From a virus (lineage: Duplodnaviria; Caudoviricetes): DNA of 64,000 nucleotides. How positions within the stretch are numbered: position 1 is the first letter of the stretch; each line of letters starts with the position of its first letter. The position numbers were made by a program, and so were the translations under genes. The notes beneath the pieces were generated by a model. That model did no database searches. It saw nothing but the letters and a program-made list of their open reading frames with translations, and was not told the origin of the DNA. Shown one piece after another: positions 48,422 through 58,725 of this stretch. The DNA lies in the IMG/VR virus record IMGVR_UViG_3300042561_002102, one strand, 5' to 3'.

Positions 48422-50977
48422 ATGAAGACAAAAATGAATATAAGCGTTACGAAAAGAAACGGAAAAAAAGAACCCCTAATGCTCGATAAGATACTAGAAA
48501 GAATCAATCAGCAGACCTACAATCTTGACTCAAAATACATAGCACCTTTTGATATTGCTCAAAAAGTTATCGAAGGTATCTTTCCAGATATCGAAACCAG
48601 AGTTCTAGACAACCTAGCCATGGAGACTTCAGCTGCGCTGACAACAAAACATCCAGACTACTCAATACTAGCAGCTAGACTAGCTATTACTTCTCTTCAT
48701 AAAGAAACGAAGAAAAGTTTTTCTGAAACTATGAAAGATCTTTATGACTACATAGATCCAAAAAGTAAAAGGCATTCACCTGTAATTGCTAAGAATTTCT
48801 TGGATCTAGTTCTTTCTAATAGTGATAAACTAGACTCTGCTATTGTTCACTCGAGAGATCACCTCTTTGATTATTTCGGCTACAAAGTTTTAGAAAAATC
48901 ATACCTTCTTAAACTAAATGGTCGAGTAGCTGAAAGACCACAATATATGTTCATGAGAACTGCTCTACAGATTTGGGGTCAAGATATCGATAAAGCTATC
49001 GAGACCTACAATCTCATGAGTGAAGGATACTACACACACGCCACACCAACACTCTTCAACTCTGGAACATCTAGACCACAACTTTCAAGTTGTTTTCTAC
49101 TTGATGTAGAATCTGATTCTATTGAAGGTATCTTCAACACACTTCGCGAGTCAGCTCAGATTTCTAAAAACGCAGGTGGTATCGGAATTGCTTTTTCTAA
49201 AGTAAGAGCTAAAGGAACTTACATCGCTGGAACCAACGGTTCGTCAAATGGTATTATTCCTTTCTTGAAAATTTTTAACGAAACAGCAAGAGCAGTCGAC
49301 CAAGGCGGCGGAAAAAGAAAAGGATCGATATCTATCTACATCGAGCCCTGGCACTCGGATGTTATGGAGTTTTTAGATCTCAGAAAAAACCAAGGTAAAG
49401 ACGAAATCCGCGCTAGAGATTTGTTTCTCGCGATATGGATGAACGATCTTTTTATGGAAAGAGTAGATTCTGATCTCGATTGGACCTTGATGTGTCCTCA
49501 CGAATGCCCAGGTCTTACCGATACTTGGGGTCAAGAGTTTAGAGATCTCTACATAAAATACGAAAGTGAAGGACGTGGTAAAAGAACAATGAAAGCTCGT
49601 GAAGTTTGGAATAAAATTTTAGAATCACAAGTAGAAACCGGAACGCCTTACATTCTTTACAAAGATTCCATTAACGAAAAATCAAACCAGGCAAACATCG
49701 GTATGATTAAAAACTCGAATCTTTGTGCTGAAATCGTAGAAGCCGTAGGTATCACCAGGGCCGGAACTGAAGCTCTGAAAAATAAAGAACTTCTCGAGAG
49801 TGTTGGACTGGGTGATTTCTGGGGTAGAGAAACTATCAATGAAACAGCAGTTTGTAACCTAGCATCGATATCACTACCGAAGTTCATAAACAAAAACAAA
49901 AGCTACAATTTCAAGAAACTAAGTGAAGTTGCATATGCGGCTACTATAAACCTCAATAATGTTATTGATACTAACTTCTACCCTATTGAAGGAGCAAAAT
50001 TCTCGAATCTTCTTCACAGACCGATCGGCCTTGGAGTTCAAGGGTTAAGTGATGTGTTTTTTATTCTACAACTCGCTCATGATTCACAAGAGGCAAGAAA
50101 TCTTAATCGTGAAATTTTTGAGACGATTTATTTCTCTGCTTTAAGAGCGTCTTGTGATCTAGCTAAGGCACATGGTCACTATGCTACTTATCCAGGTTCT
50201 CCTATCTCACAGGGTCTTCTCCAACCTGATCTATGGGGCGTAACTCCATCAGATCGTTGGGAATGGAAAAAACTTCGTGAGGATATCAAAAAATGGGGTG
50301 TAAGAAACTCACTACTAACTTGTATTATGCCAACAGCTTCGACCGCTTCTATTCTAGGAAATGAGGCTTCTTGTGAAGCGCAGACCTCAAATCTTTATCT
50401 AAGAAGAGTTCTATCGGGTGAATATATTATTATCAACAAACATCTTGTTAGAGAACTATCGAAACTAGGTATATGGAACGAATCGGTTAAAAATAAAATC
50501 ATACAAGAAAACGGTTCTGTTCAGAATGTTCCTGAAATACCTACAAACATCAAAGAGATCTATAAAACCGTCTGGGAAATCAAACAAAAAGATGTTATCG
50601 ATCTAGCTGCTGACAGAGGAGCCTTCATCGATCAAACTCAATCGATGAATATCTTTATGGAAAATCCAAATTTCGCAAAACTCACAGCGATGCACTTTTA
50701 CGGATGGGGTCGTCGTAACTTCTTAAATGATAATGAAGGAAATCCACAAATACCTACTGGTGAAGATATCCAGATCTATTATGATGGAAACGGAAATCCA
50801 AAATATTATCGTCATAAGAAATCAAATCTAAAAACAGGTATCTATTACCTAAGAAACAAATCAGCCGCAGATGCGGTGAAATTCACCGTTCAAAACGAAC
50901 AAAAGTCACAAGAAGAGCAACTCGAACAAATAGCTTGTTCTCTTGATTCGGATGATTGTCAAGCGTGTAGCGCTTGA
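48422..50977 (+). CDS. nrdA: Ribonucleotide reductase class Ia alpha subunit with ATP cone
   Basis: VTKRNG ATP cone, SSCFL, NLCAE, VCNLAS, C-terminal CQAC. Confidence 0.96.
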   Translation: MKTKMNISVTKRNGKKEPLMLDKILERINQQTYNLDSKYIAPFDIAQKVIEGIFPDIETRVLDNLAMETSAALTTKHPDYSILAARLAITSLHKETKKSFSETMKDLYDYIDPKSKRHSPVIAKNFLDLVLSNSDKLDSAIVHSRDHLFDYFGYKVLEKSYLLKLNGRVAERPQYMFMRTALQIWGQDIDKAIETYNLMSEGYYTHATPTLFNSGTSRPQLSSCFLLDVESDSIEGIFNTLRESAQISKNAGGIGIAFSKVRAKGTYIAGTNGSSNGIIPFLKIFNETARAVDQGGGKRKGSISIYIEPWHSDVMEFLDLRKNQGKDEIRARDLFLAIWMNDLFMERVDSDLDWTLMCPHECPGLTDTWGQEFRDLYIKYESEGRGKRTMKAREVWNKILESQVETGTPYILYKDSINEKSNQANIGMIKNSNLCAEIVEAVGITRAGTEALKNKELLESVGLGDFWGRETINETAVCNLASISLPKFINKNKSYNFKKLSEVAYAATINLNNVIDTNFYPIEGAKFSNLLHRPIGLGVQGLSDVFFILQLAHDSQEARNLNREIFETIYFSALRASCDLAKAHGHYATYPGSPISQGLLQPDLWGVTPSDRWEWKKLREDIKKWGVRNSLLTCIMPTASTASILGNEASCEAQTSNLYLRRVLSGEYIIINKHLVRELSKLGIWNESVKNKIIQENGSVQNVPEIPTNIKEIYKTVWEIKQKDVIDLAADRGAFIDQTQSMNIFMENPNFAKLTAMHFYGWGRRNFLNDNEGNPQIPTGEDIQIYYDGNGNPKYYRHKKSNLKTGIYYLRNKSAADAVKFTVQNEQKSQEEQLEQIACSLDSDDCQACSA

Positions 50978-50985
50978 CAATCGTC

Positions 50986-52452
50986 TTACTTTTTAAATTT
51001 AGAGATTAACTCTACTTTTTCGTTGATTCTTTCAAGCTCTTGAAGATAAACTTTCGATTCTTTAAGATATTTCGAAAGTTCTTTAACCCTATCGAAGTCG
51101 GCCTTATCAAGTGCCTGATCTATCTCATCATTAAGACGAGATTGTGACCAGGTAGATGGGTCGGCTTCTTTTTGTGCTGTTTTTTGCTTGAGATCAGCTA
51201 TATCATCCTGTTCTTCTCCATCCGAACTAGTAGTTGCTAGATCACCATCATCTGGATAATCACGAGTAATCCAATCTATAATACCATCTATCTGGTTTTT
51301 AGCACTTGATGCTTTATATTTAGCATCATTAAGAACAAATCTACCATTCTGGAGATCGAAACAAGAGAATATTTCTTTAACAATATCTAAAAATAATTTA
51401 TCCGAATATTCTCCGCCATTATTTGGGTGTCTTGAAAGTTCGATCAATACGAACTCGACCATGTTTTCACCATCATCAATTCTTTTTGAGCTATTTTTAA
51501 TACAACGTTTTGTAAATTCAATAAACATCATACGAGCAACTGGCCCATAACGAAAATCTTCAGTTTCATCTTTGAAGGATGAGGTATACTTTTTAATATC
51601 TTGTTCTTTTTCAACATCTCCGGTGTTAGATACTGCTCTTGGACCAAGACGAATAAGTGCTTTTGAAGCTTCGTGTAGTAGCATTGTAAAATCAAGAGCT
51701 CTTACGATAATCCATATTTGTTTTGGATCTCTATTCCAATCAACGTCATTTGAACCGGCCATACCAGCTGGTTGATTCTTCATCATTCTTGCTTTATCAT
51801 CACCCGGCCAAGCCCAGTCTAATTTATTTCCTAAGCGCATCGTATCGCTTGTTATTCTTTTAAATTCAGTAGCTTTATATCCGAATATTTCTTCAAGATC
51901 TTGATCGATAGTAGGATAACTATTCATTATTTCTTCTACCTCAAATCCAGCACCTTGACCGAGCATATCAATTATTTTTTGTTTTGACACGCTATATTTG
52001 ATATCTTTAGGTGTGTCAGATGATAGAGTTTTTTGCGGAAATGCCGGTTTTTCTCTCAATCTTGGAGATTCATCAATAACATCTTTACCTTCTGGTAAGA
52101 TTTGCATATCAAAGATGATTCGTCTTTTCGTGGTCGCCTCAGCTACTTCGATAAGATCTTTATATTTGTGTTGAATAATCTTTTCTGCTAACTCAGAAAG
52201 ACTATTTAATCTCTCTATTTTTTCAACTTGAGTTAATTTTTTACCCCTATCGTCTTTTGACATAATATCTTTAGCACGATCAAGTAACCCCATGAGCTCT
52301 GGTCCAAACTGACGCATTTGACTTGGATCATCGGGTGTTGTTCCTAGAGTTTCTCTAGCGTATCTTTTCGATTTTGGAATAAAATCATCTGGTAATCCTT
52401 CGATATCTTTAACATCGACTTCTTCTTTGATAAACTTTAGAAAATTCTTCAT
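50986..52452 (-). CDS. Hypothetical protein, CTS-like N-terminus, HExxK motif
   Basis: MKNFLKFIKEE; MLLHEASKA. Confidence 0.8.
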   Translation of the reverse strand: MKNFLKFIKEEVDVKDIEGLPDDFIPKSKRYARETLGTTPDDPSQMRQFGPELMGLLDRAKDIMSKDDRGKKLTQVEKIERLNSLSELAEKIIQHKYKDLIEVAEATTKRRIIFDMQILPEGKDVIDESPRLREKPAFPQKTLSSDTPKDIKYSVSKQKIIDMLGQGAGFEVEEIMNSYPTIDQDLEEIFGYKATEFKRITSDTMRLGNKLDWAWPGDDKARMMKNQPAGMAGSNDVDWNRDPKQIWIIVRALDFTMLLHEASKALIRLGPRAVSNTGDVEKEQDIKKYTSSFKDETEDFRYGPVARMMFIEFTKRCIKNSSKRIDDGENMVEFVLIELSRHPNNGGEYSDKLFLDIVKEIFSCFDLQNGRFVLNDAKYKASSAKNQIDGIIDWITRDYPDDGDLATTSSDGEEQDDIADLKQKTAQKEADPSTWSQSRLNDEIDQALDKADFDRVKELSKYLKESKVYLQELERINEKVELISKFKK

Positions 52453-52616
52453 CTTTTTTCAAAATATTGATTTATCTCTCCCTTCCCTTCGTTGGAGAGT
52501 GTTTTATAGATCTCTTGTAATCTCTCTACCATCATATCTGCACCACTTTTTGTCACAGGTTTTTGTTGTGTTGTGGCAGGATCCGAGAAACTTTCGAACT
52601 TACGAATGTGCTTCAT
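52449..52616 (-). CDS. 55-aa protein with CTS-like N-terminus (below ORF-track cutoff)
   Basis: MKHIRKFESFSDPATT...QYFEKR*; TATATA at 52634; stop overlaps next ATG. Confidence 0.75.
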   Translation of the reverse strand: MKHIRKFESFSDPATTQQKPVTKSGADMMVERLQEIYKTLSNEGKGEINQYFEKR

Positions 52617-52648
52617 AATAAACTTTTTTTAGGTATATATAAAAAACT

Positions 52649-52675
52649 AAACTTTATTATTCTTCTTCATATACT
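52649..52675 (+). promoter_or_regulatory. Putative AACT-N16-TATA promoter for clpP
   Basis: AAACT-N16-TATACT. Confidence 0.5.
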
Positions 52676-52696
52676 ATCTACTAAACGAAAAAACTC

Positions 52697-53413
52697 ATGA
52701 AAGAAGAATTTTTAAAGTATTTACAACTGGACCACGGTATTCCGAAAGACGGTCTTCTATCCCAGGTATCTAATATGACACCTTACATCTTAGAAGAAAG
52801 AGAGATGCGTGTTACACAAATTGATGTATTCTCCCGTCTTATGCGTGATAGGATCATCTGGTTGTCAGGTGGCGTCGATCAGCACATGGCTGATATTGTT
52901 CAAGCTCAACTACTTTTTCTTGACTCGGTTGAAAAGAAAGATATTACTCTTTATATCAACTCACCAGGTGGATCGGTTATGTGTGGATTGGGAATCATCG
53001 ATGTAATGAACTATATTAAGTCTGATATTGTAACGGTGAATGTTGGTATGGCAGCGTCGATGGGAGCTGTTCTATTATCTTCGGGAACTAAAGGTAAAAG
53101 AGCTTCCCTGGTCTATTCAAAAGTAATGACCCACCAAGTAAGTCACGGTCTTTCTGGTAATGTTCAAGATACCACAATTAGTCATCTCGAATCTCATAAA
53201 TATAACTATATTTTATTCAAGATTCTAGCTCAAAATTGCGGAAAAACATTCGATGAAATTTTCGAGATTTCAAGACGAGACAGATGGTTCAACTCTGATG
53301 AAGCACAGAAATACGGTCTTATCGATGAGGTCATCAAACCAGAAGGTTCAAAATCTATTACCCAACTTTTGGAAGGTTTTGACGAATACTACAAAAAAGA
53401 AATCTCTAGGTAA
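52697..53413 (+). CDS. clpP: ClpP protease proteolytic subunit
   Basis: DVFSRLMRDRI, YINSPGG, AASMG (Ser), HQ (His), DRW (Asp). Confidence 0.96.
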   Translation: MKEEFLKYLQLDHGIPKDGLLSQVSNMTPYILEEREMRVTQIDVFSRLMRDRIIWLSGGVDQHMADIVQAQLLFLDSVEKKDITLYINSPGGSVMCGLGIIDVMNYIKSDIVTVNVGMAASMGAVLLSSGTKGKRASLVYSKVMTHQVSHGLSGNVQDTTISHLESHKYNYILFKILAQNCGKTFDEIFEISRRDRWFNSDEAQKYGLIDEVIKPEGSKSITQLLEGFDEYYKKEISR

Positions 53414-53471
53414 AAAAAGAATCTTTTCATCTCCAAAGTTTTATATATACTAAAAATATAAAATAAACAGG

Positions 53472-53945
53472 ATGAAAAGATTTTCTCAAGACTTACGATT
53501 TCCATCAAGACCACTACAAAAAATATTCGAACAAGACCAGAGTGTTCAAGTTGTAGAAACTAAAACAGGACCAGCTCAGTTTTTCTCTAAGATTTTTGAA
53601 TCTAGAGAAATAGCACACGTATATCATCTACAGCTCAAGGGTGACATGGGTTCCTATGCTTCTCACATAGCTCTTGGTGAATACTACGACGGAGTAGTCG
53701 ATCTTCTAGATGAACTTATTGAGGTTTATCAAGGTCAATACGATATCGTTCAAGGTTATAATATAATTGATACGACTTCTACTCAAAATCAAGATAAACT
53801 AGAATATTTCAGTAGTGTAGTGGATTATCTTAAAAATTCAAGATATACCTTACTAAGTCAAGATGATCCACATTATCAAGCTATAATTGATGAGATTATT
53901 AATCTATTATACAGACTTATCTATAAATTAAGATTTTTGAAGTAG
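53472..53945 (+). CDS. Ferritin/Dps-like four-helix protein
   Basis: HVYHLQ...SYASHIALGEYYDGVVDLLDELIEVYQG. Confidence 0.65.
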   Translation: MKRFSQDLRFPSRPLQKIFEQDQSVQVVETKTGPAQFFSKIFESREIAHVYHLQLKGDMGSYASHIALGEYYDGVVDLLDELIEVYQGQYDIVQGYNIIDTTSTQNQDKLEYFSSVVDYLKNSRYTLLSQDDPHYQAIIDEIINLLYRLIYKLRFLK

Positions 53946-53989
53946 ATTTTTATTCCTTCCAAAAATAGTAAAATTTTATATATATTTTA

Positions 53990-56401
53990 ATGATAAAATT
54001 TTACTCGTCCAGACTTCTCAATAAAGTAGAAAAAACTACAATATCTGGAGTAGCCAAAACTTCTTTTTTTACAGAAATATCTACGGGTGTTTCTCCTGGA
54101 ACCAGAATGTTTATTCTGAACGGTAACTACGACTCGAATGATTTCATTCGTAAAAGTAGATATGGTAAATTTGTGGATGGTTATCGAGTATTGAGAAGTG
54201 AAGCCAATAAACTTACACTTGATATAGATTGGACCGGGCTTCCACCAACGGGTGACGCACTATCCGGAAATTCTATCAACATCTGGGTTGTAAGAACAAA
54301 ATCAGAGTTTGATTATTTGGATAGTATTCTTGTGGATCTATACGATACGAGATGTTCAAAATTTGAATATCGTATTACTTCTAATGTTATCTATACTGAG
54401 AACTTAGTGTTTACCAATCAGTTTTTTATTAAAGGTTTCTGGGCAAAAGATGGTAATACTTGGAAACTTATATCAACACATTTCGATCAAGGTTTTATTA
54501 ACTATTTCTTACCAAAATGGACCGATTATGGATATTCTACGAACTATAAAATAAAGATAAGAAATCATGGTTTTGTTTATAAAAATCAAGAGTTTATTAA
54601 AGGAGCTACCTACTTTTTCAACAATCCTGTTTGGCTTTATGATATACAAGTAGCAAATTCTTTTATATCTCGTCTTAATTTTAGAGATGGTCTTTTCAAG
54701 GGAACTTTCAAAGACGGATTATTTGGTAGCAACGAGAAAAAGTTACTTTTCGAAGCTAAATGGATGTCGGGTATTACCATCAACTCACAAATAAAAGATT
54801 CACAAATAAGAACTAAATCTCAAGTAGGTGAAAATGTTACACTTGGGTTTGTTCAAGATAACATTATTAACTTCTTTTCTGATAAGAGTAACAACGATAG
54901 TTATGGTCTTAGTTACTTTTTTGATTCAACAATTGAAAGTGCTCAGATTTATGCTGGTAATTTCATCAATTGTAACTTTGCTTGTGATCTAAATCCTGAA
55001 GTTACAGATATCATACCTACAACAACTACCAATTGTCTTCAATACGGCAATTGTTGTACTACAACAACTACAACTACTTCTACATCAACCACTTCTACTA
55101 CAACACTCTGTCCGTGTTGCGATCCAACACCATCGGTAACACAAACAAATACACAATCACCAACAATTTCACTCACCCCAACTATCACACCAACAAATAC
55201 TGGAACACCAACAAATACCGAAACACCAACCGAAACACCTACAAATACATCAACCAATACGGAAACTCCCACAAACACTTCAACTCAGACAACTACACCA
55301 ACAATTACCGATACTCCTACGCAAACTCCAACCGAAACACCCACATCTACAATAACAGTTACAAATACTGAAACACCAGGTACGTCACCATCTGAAACCC
55401 CTACCGAAACTCCGACTGAAACTCCTACACCAACACACACAAATACCGAAACTCCTACAAACACACCCACTGTTACACCAACAATCTCTTATTATTTTTA
55501 CTTTCTTTTAGACTGTGATTTGAGTAATAATAAAATAGGTAGAAGTATTTCAAGTAGTCTAACCGGAACTTACAATGTCTCACCTAACAAGTGCTATCAA
55601 ATAGCAGGAATAGATTTAGGCCCTTCTTGGGATTATGATCTAGACATCTCAACCTCTGTTGCAAATTGTTCTGATATTTTGTGTATCCCTGTTACACCGA
55701 CACAAACACCTACACCAACAATTACCGATACTCCTACCGAGACCCCAACTCAAACACCAACCAATACTGAAACACCAACCGAAACTCCAACGGAGACCCC
55801 AATCGAAACACCAACCGAAACACCTACACCAACAATTACTGATACTCCTACCGAGACTCCAACTCAAACCTCAACCAGTACAGAGACACCAACAAATACC
55901 GAAACACCGGGTGCGTCACCATCCGAAACCCCTACTGAAACACCTACGCCGACAAATACCGATACTCCTACGGAGACACCAACTCAAACACAAACACAGA
56001 CACCTACTGAAACACCTATACCGACAAATACCGAAACACCAACCGAAACTCCTACGGAGACACCTACTGAAACACCAACTGAAACACCAACCAATACCGA
56101 AACACCAACTGAAACTCCTACGGAGACACCTACTGAAACACCAACTCAAACACCAACCAATACCGAAACACCGACTGAAACTCCTACGGAGACACCTACT
56201 GAAACACCAACTGAAACACCAACACAGACACCTACTGAAACATCTACACCAACACCTACACCAACACAGACACCTACTGAAACATCCACACCAACACCTA
56301 CACCAACAATAACACCAACTGAGACTGAAACATTTTTCTTATTACAAGAAAATCTATCCACACTACTCCAGGAAAATGGTTCAAGAATACTAATCAATTG
56401 A
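53990..56401 (+). CDS. Putative virion protein with two long Thr/Glu/Pro stalks
   Basis: ~340-aa globular N-terminus, CC-TTTT linker, TETP repeats, short interstalk domain. Confidence 0.85.
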   Translation: MIKFYSSRLLNKVEKTTISGVAKTSFFTEISTGVSPGTRMFILNGNYDSNDFIRKSRYGKFVDGYRVLRSEANKLTLDIDWTGLPPTGDALSGNSINIWVVRTKSEFDYLDSILVDLYDTRCSKFEYRITSNVIYTENLVFTNQFFIKGFWAKDGNTWKLISTHFDQGFINYFLPKWTDYGYSTNYKIKIRNHGFVYKNQEFIKGATYFFNNPVWLYDIQVANSFISRLNFRDGLFKGTFKDGLFGSNEKKLLFEAKWMSGITINSQIKDSQIRTKSQVGENVTLGFVQDNIINFFSDKSNNDSYGLSYFFDSTIESAQIYAGNFINCNFACDLNPEVTDIIPTTTTNCLQYGNCCTTTTTTTSTSTTSTTTLCPCCDPTPSVTQTNTQSPTISLTPTITPTNTGTPTNTETPTETPTNTSTNTETPTNTSTQTTTPTITDTPTQTPTETPTSTITVTNTETPGTSPSETPTETPTETPTPTHTNTETPTNTPTVTPTISYYFYFLLDCDLSNNKIGRSISSSLTGTYNVSPNKCYQIAGIDLGPSWDYDLDISTSVANCSDILCIPVTPTQTPTPTITDTPTETPTQTPTNTETPTETPTETPIETPTETPTPTITDTPTETPTQTSTSTETPTNTETPGASPSETPTETPTPTNTDTPTETPTQTQTQTPTETPIPTNTETPTETPTETPTETPTETPTNTETPTETPTETPTETPTQTPTNTETPTETPTETPTETPTETPTQTPTETSTPTPTPTQTPTETSTPTPTPTITPTETETFFLLQENLSTLLQENGSRILIN
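55015..56330 (+). repeat. TETP/TNTETP coding repeats (two blocks)
   Basis: 12-bp gaaacaccaac-like units. Confidence 0.9.
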
Positions 56402-56483
56402 GAATAATCTAAATTTATGATAAATTCAATAGTTCATCCCCACAAAATATACAATAATCTCCTAAATAAAATTATAAAATCCT

Positions 56484-57167
56484 ATGAGAAGAACTTACAT
56501 ATCACCTGAATTCACTTACGAACAAGTTCCAGGAACTCTCAATATGAAGGAGACTCGATTTTTCCAAGGATCGAAAATGATGGAAATAGAAGATACCATT
56601 TCTATTTCAGAAGATACTATCTATTGGTATCAGAACTCACAAAAAGAGCAAATAAATCCTATTTCAGAGGCTTCTACGAATCCTGTAGGTGTTAATTTAG
56701 TTGAGATCAAGCAAACAAATAGTAAACTATATCTACAGACAAATCAATCACCTTTAGCTATTGAAAGTAACGCTAGATGGGTTCTAGAAATTGAGTGGCG
56801 TGAGATATTGATACAATATATCTTTGCTAGAATAAAAGAATCCAGAACTTTCGAAGGTGTTACTGCTAGAGATACTCTTCGTCAAAATGTTGATCTTTCT
56901 ATAAGAGATTATATAAACTTTAATATCTTATCAAGATACGAGCTTTCAGAAAATTTATTTTGGACCAGATACTTAAAGATTTTAGATACCGGAAGACTAC
57001 AATACGATAATCTCTATGATAGAACTACAAAACTTGAGATGTTTAAGAACCGTCAATTTTCAACACGCATATCTGAAGGAAAGCTCTTTATTGAGTTTAA
57101 CCAACAACAACCAGCACTTGACTGGGTTTTTGATTATTATTATACCTTAAACTTTAGAAAAATCTAA
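56484..57167 (+). CDS. Hypothetical protein, probably structural
   Basis: 227-aa ORF. Confidence 0.8.
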   Translation: MRRTYISPEFTYEQVPGTLNMKETRFFQGSKMMEIEDTISISEDTIYWYQNSQKEQINPISEASTNPVGVNLVEIKQTNSKLYLQTNQSPLAIESNARWVLEIEWREILIQYIFARIKESRTFEGVTARDTLRQNVDLSIRDYINFNILSRYELSENLFWTRYLKILDTGRLQYDNLYDRTTKLEMFKNRQFSTRISEGKLFIEFNQQQPALDWVFDYYYTLNFRKI

Positions 57168-57532
57168 TGAAAAATAAAGCACATAAAAACCTAGCACATA
57201 TTATTCACTCTTTTGGATTTAGACCAAATCTTTTAGCTAAATATTTCCTAGACAACGATGTCTTAAAACCAGCTTTTCTGAAAGTATTAGAGGAAGGGGA
57301 CTATTCAGATCTTGAAAAATCAGCACCGGTTTTTTCACATTTCTCACAAATTAGGGATTATTATAATGATGTGTTGAAAACCATCGATCTAAATTTGGAC
57401 GATGAAAACTTAGCACACAAGCTAAATGAAAAGCTTGATGAACTTATTCTTCAGGAGAGATACGAAGAAGCTATTGCTATTCGAGATTTCATGACTATAA
57501 AAAAAATACCTAGAAAATCGTCTGGATTCTGA
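57167..57532 (+). CDS. Hypothetical protein with C-terminal UVR motif
   Basis: KLDELILQERYEEAIAIRD. Confidence 0.75.
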   Translation: MKNKAHKNLAHIIHSFGFRPNLLAKYFLDNDVLKPAFLKVLEEGDYSDLEKSAPVFSHFSQIRDYYNDVLKTIDLNLDDENLAHKLNEKLDELILQERYEEAIAIRDFMTIKKIPRKSSGF

Positions 57533-57557
57533 ACTTTTTTTCACCTCTCTCTATAAA
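57531..57557 (+). promoter_or_regulatory. Putative AACT-N16-TATA promoter for the S1 homolog
   Basis: GAACT-N16-TATAAA. Confidence 0.55.
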
Positions 57558-57576
57558 GAGAGTTAAACAACAAATA

Positions 57577-58650
57577 ATGACAGACCATTTAATCGATACA
57601 CAAGATCCTTTTGAAGAATATTCATTTATTACTAAAAAGACAAAAAAACTTTCTCCTTACCAAAAACAATTTCTGAGTCTTTACGAATCAGAAAGTGTTA
57701 GATTTCCGAAAATCGGAACTATTTATTCCCTGAAATATTTGGGAAGAACCAAAAAAGATCACCTTTTCGACGGTGGATTCAAAGACTTTGTTATGGTCGA
57801 AGCCAGACAAGTTGAAAATAAATACCTCGAAAACACCGAAATCGGACAAGATGTTGATGTTCTTGTTCTTGATGTAGTTGAAACTCCTTTCACTATCCGT
57901 GGATCGATTTCAGCTATCTACGAAAGTAGAGTACAAAGAGAACTAGTTCAACTCTCTGAAGATGATTTCATTGTTGGACTTATTAAGGAATCTTCTCCAG
58001 CTGGCTACAAAGTAGCTTTCTCTTACGGTGGTGTTACACTTACTGGATTCATGCCAAATACCCTAGCTGGTATGAATAAACTCTCGAACCCAGAGAGTAT
58101 TGTAGGAAAAACACTTGAGCTTGGCGTTGAATCTTTTTCAAGAGAAGAGGGAACTTATATTGTTTCGAGAAGGAAATACCTTTATACATTGGTTCCTGAA
58201 ATGATGAAAAAACTTCAACTCAATGTAGCTTATCGTGGTATTGTTACTGGAACTACTGATTTTGGAATTTTTGTTGAGTGGTGGGACTGCCTAACCGGTA
58301 TGATTCACAAAACAAACATGAACCCAGATTATAAGATGTCCCAAATCCATCCAGGTATGGCTATTGAGTTCTACATCAAAGAGGTGATTAAAGATAAGAT
58401 TATACTTACTCAAATCTTGAAAGCTTCTCTTTGGGATGAAATCAAAGTAGGTATGGTTCTTCGTGGTAGGGTTAAAGAAAACAAAAACTTCGGAACACTC
58501 GTTGCTTTTGATGAAGAAACAGTGGGTCTAGTTCATAACTCAGAGATAGAAAAACATTCTCTGAAATTTACACCAGACACCGAAGCTGACGTGAAGATAA
58601 TCGCTATTGATAGACTCAATAGAAAGATTTTCCTCTCGGTTCCTCGATAG
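57577..58650 (+). CDS. rpsA: Ribosomal protein bS1 homolog (about four S1 domains)
   Basis: GFMPNT...IVSRR, GIVTGTTDFGIFVE..GMIH, NFGTLV..GLVHNSEI...KIIAIDRLNRKIFLS. Confidence 0.85.
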   Translation: MTDHLIDTQDPFEEYSFITKKTKKLSPYQKQFLSLYESESVRFPKIGTIYSLKYLGRTKKDHLFDGGFKDFVMVEARQVENKYLENTEIGQDVDVLVLDVVETPFTIRGSISAIYESRVQRELVQLSEDDFIVGLIKESSPAGYKVAFSYGGVTLTGFMPNTLAGMNKLSNPESIVGKTLELGVESFSREEGTYIVSRRKYLYTLVPEMMKKLQLNVAYRGIVTGTTDFGIFVEWWDCLTGMIHKTNMNPDYKMSQIHPGMAIEFYIKEVIKDKIILTQILKASLWDEIKVGMVLRGRVKENKNFGTLVAFDEETVGLVHNSEIEKHSLKFTPDTEADVKIIAIDRLNRKIFLSVPR

Positions 58651-58689
58651 GTATAAATGTGGTAGAAGGCATAATCTTTACGAGGTTCT

Positions 58690-58725
58690 AAAAGTAGATA
58701 GTCAAAAGCTATCTACTTTTTTTTT
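58690..58725. terminator. Bidirectional intrinsic terminator
   Basis: AAAAGTAGATAG/CTATCTACTTTT stem with T tract between convergent genes. Confidence 0.88.

Noticed and set aside
55659-56312. His/Gln/Leu-rich ORF and other off-frame ORFs (9018, 8973, 9026, 55033, 63148)
   Set aside because: Alternative frames of coding repeats; the real frames are identified.
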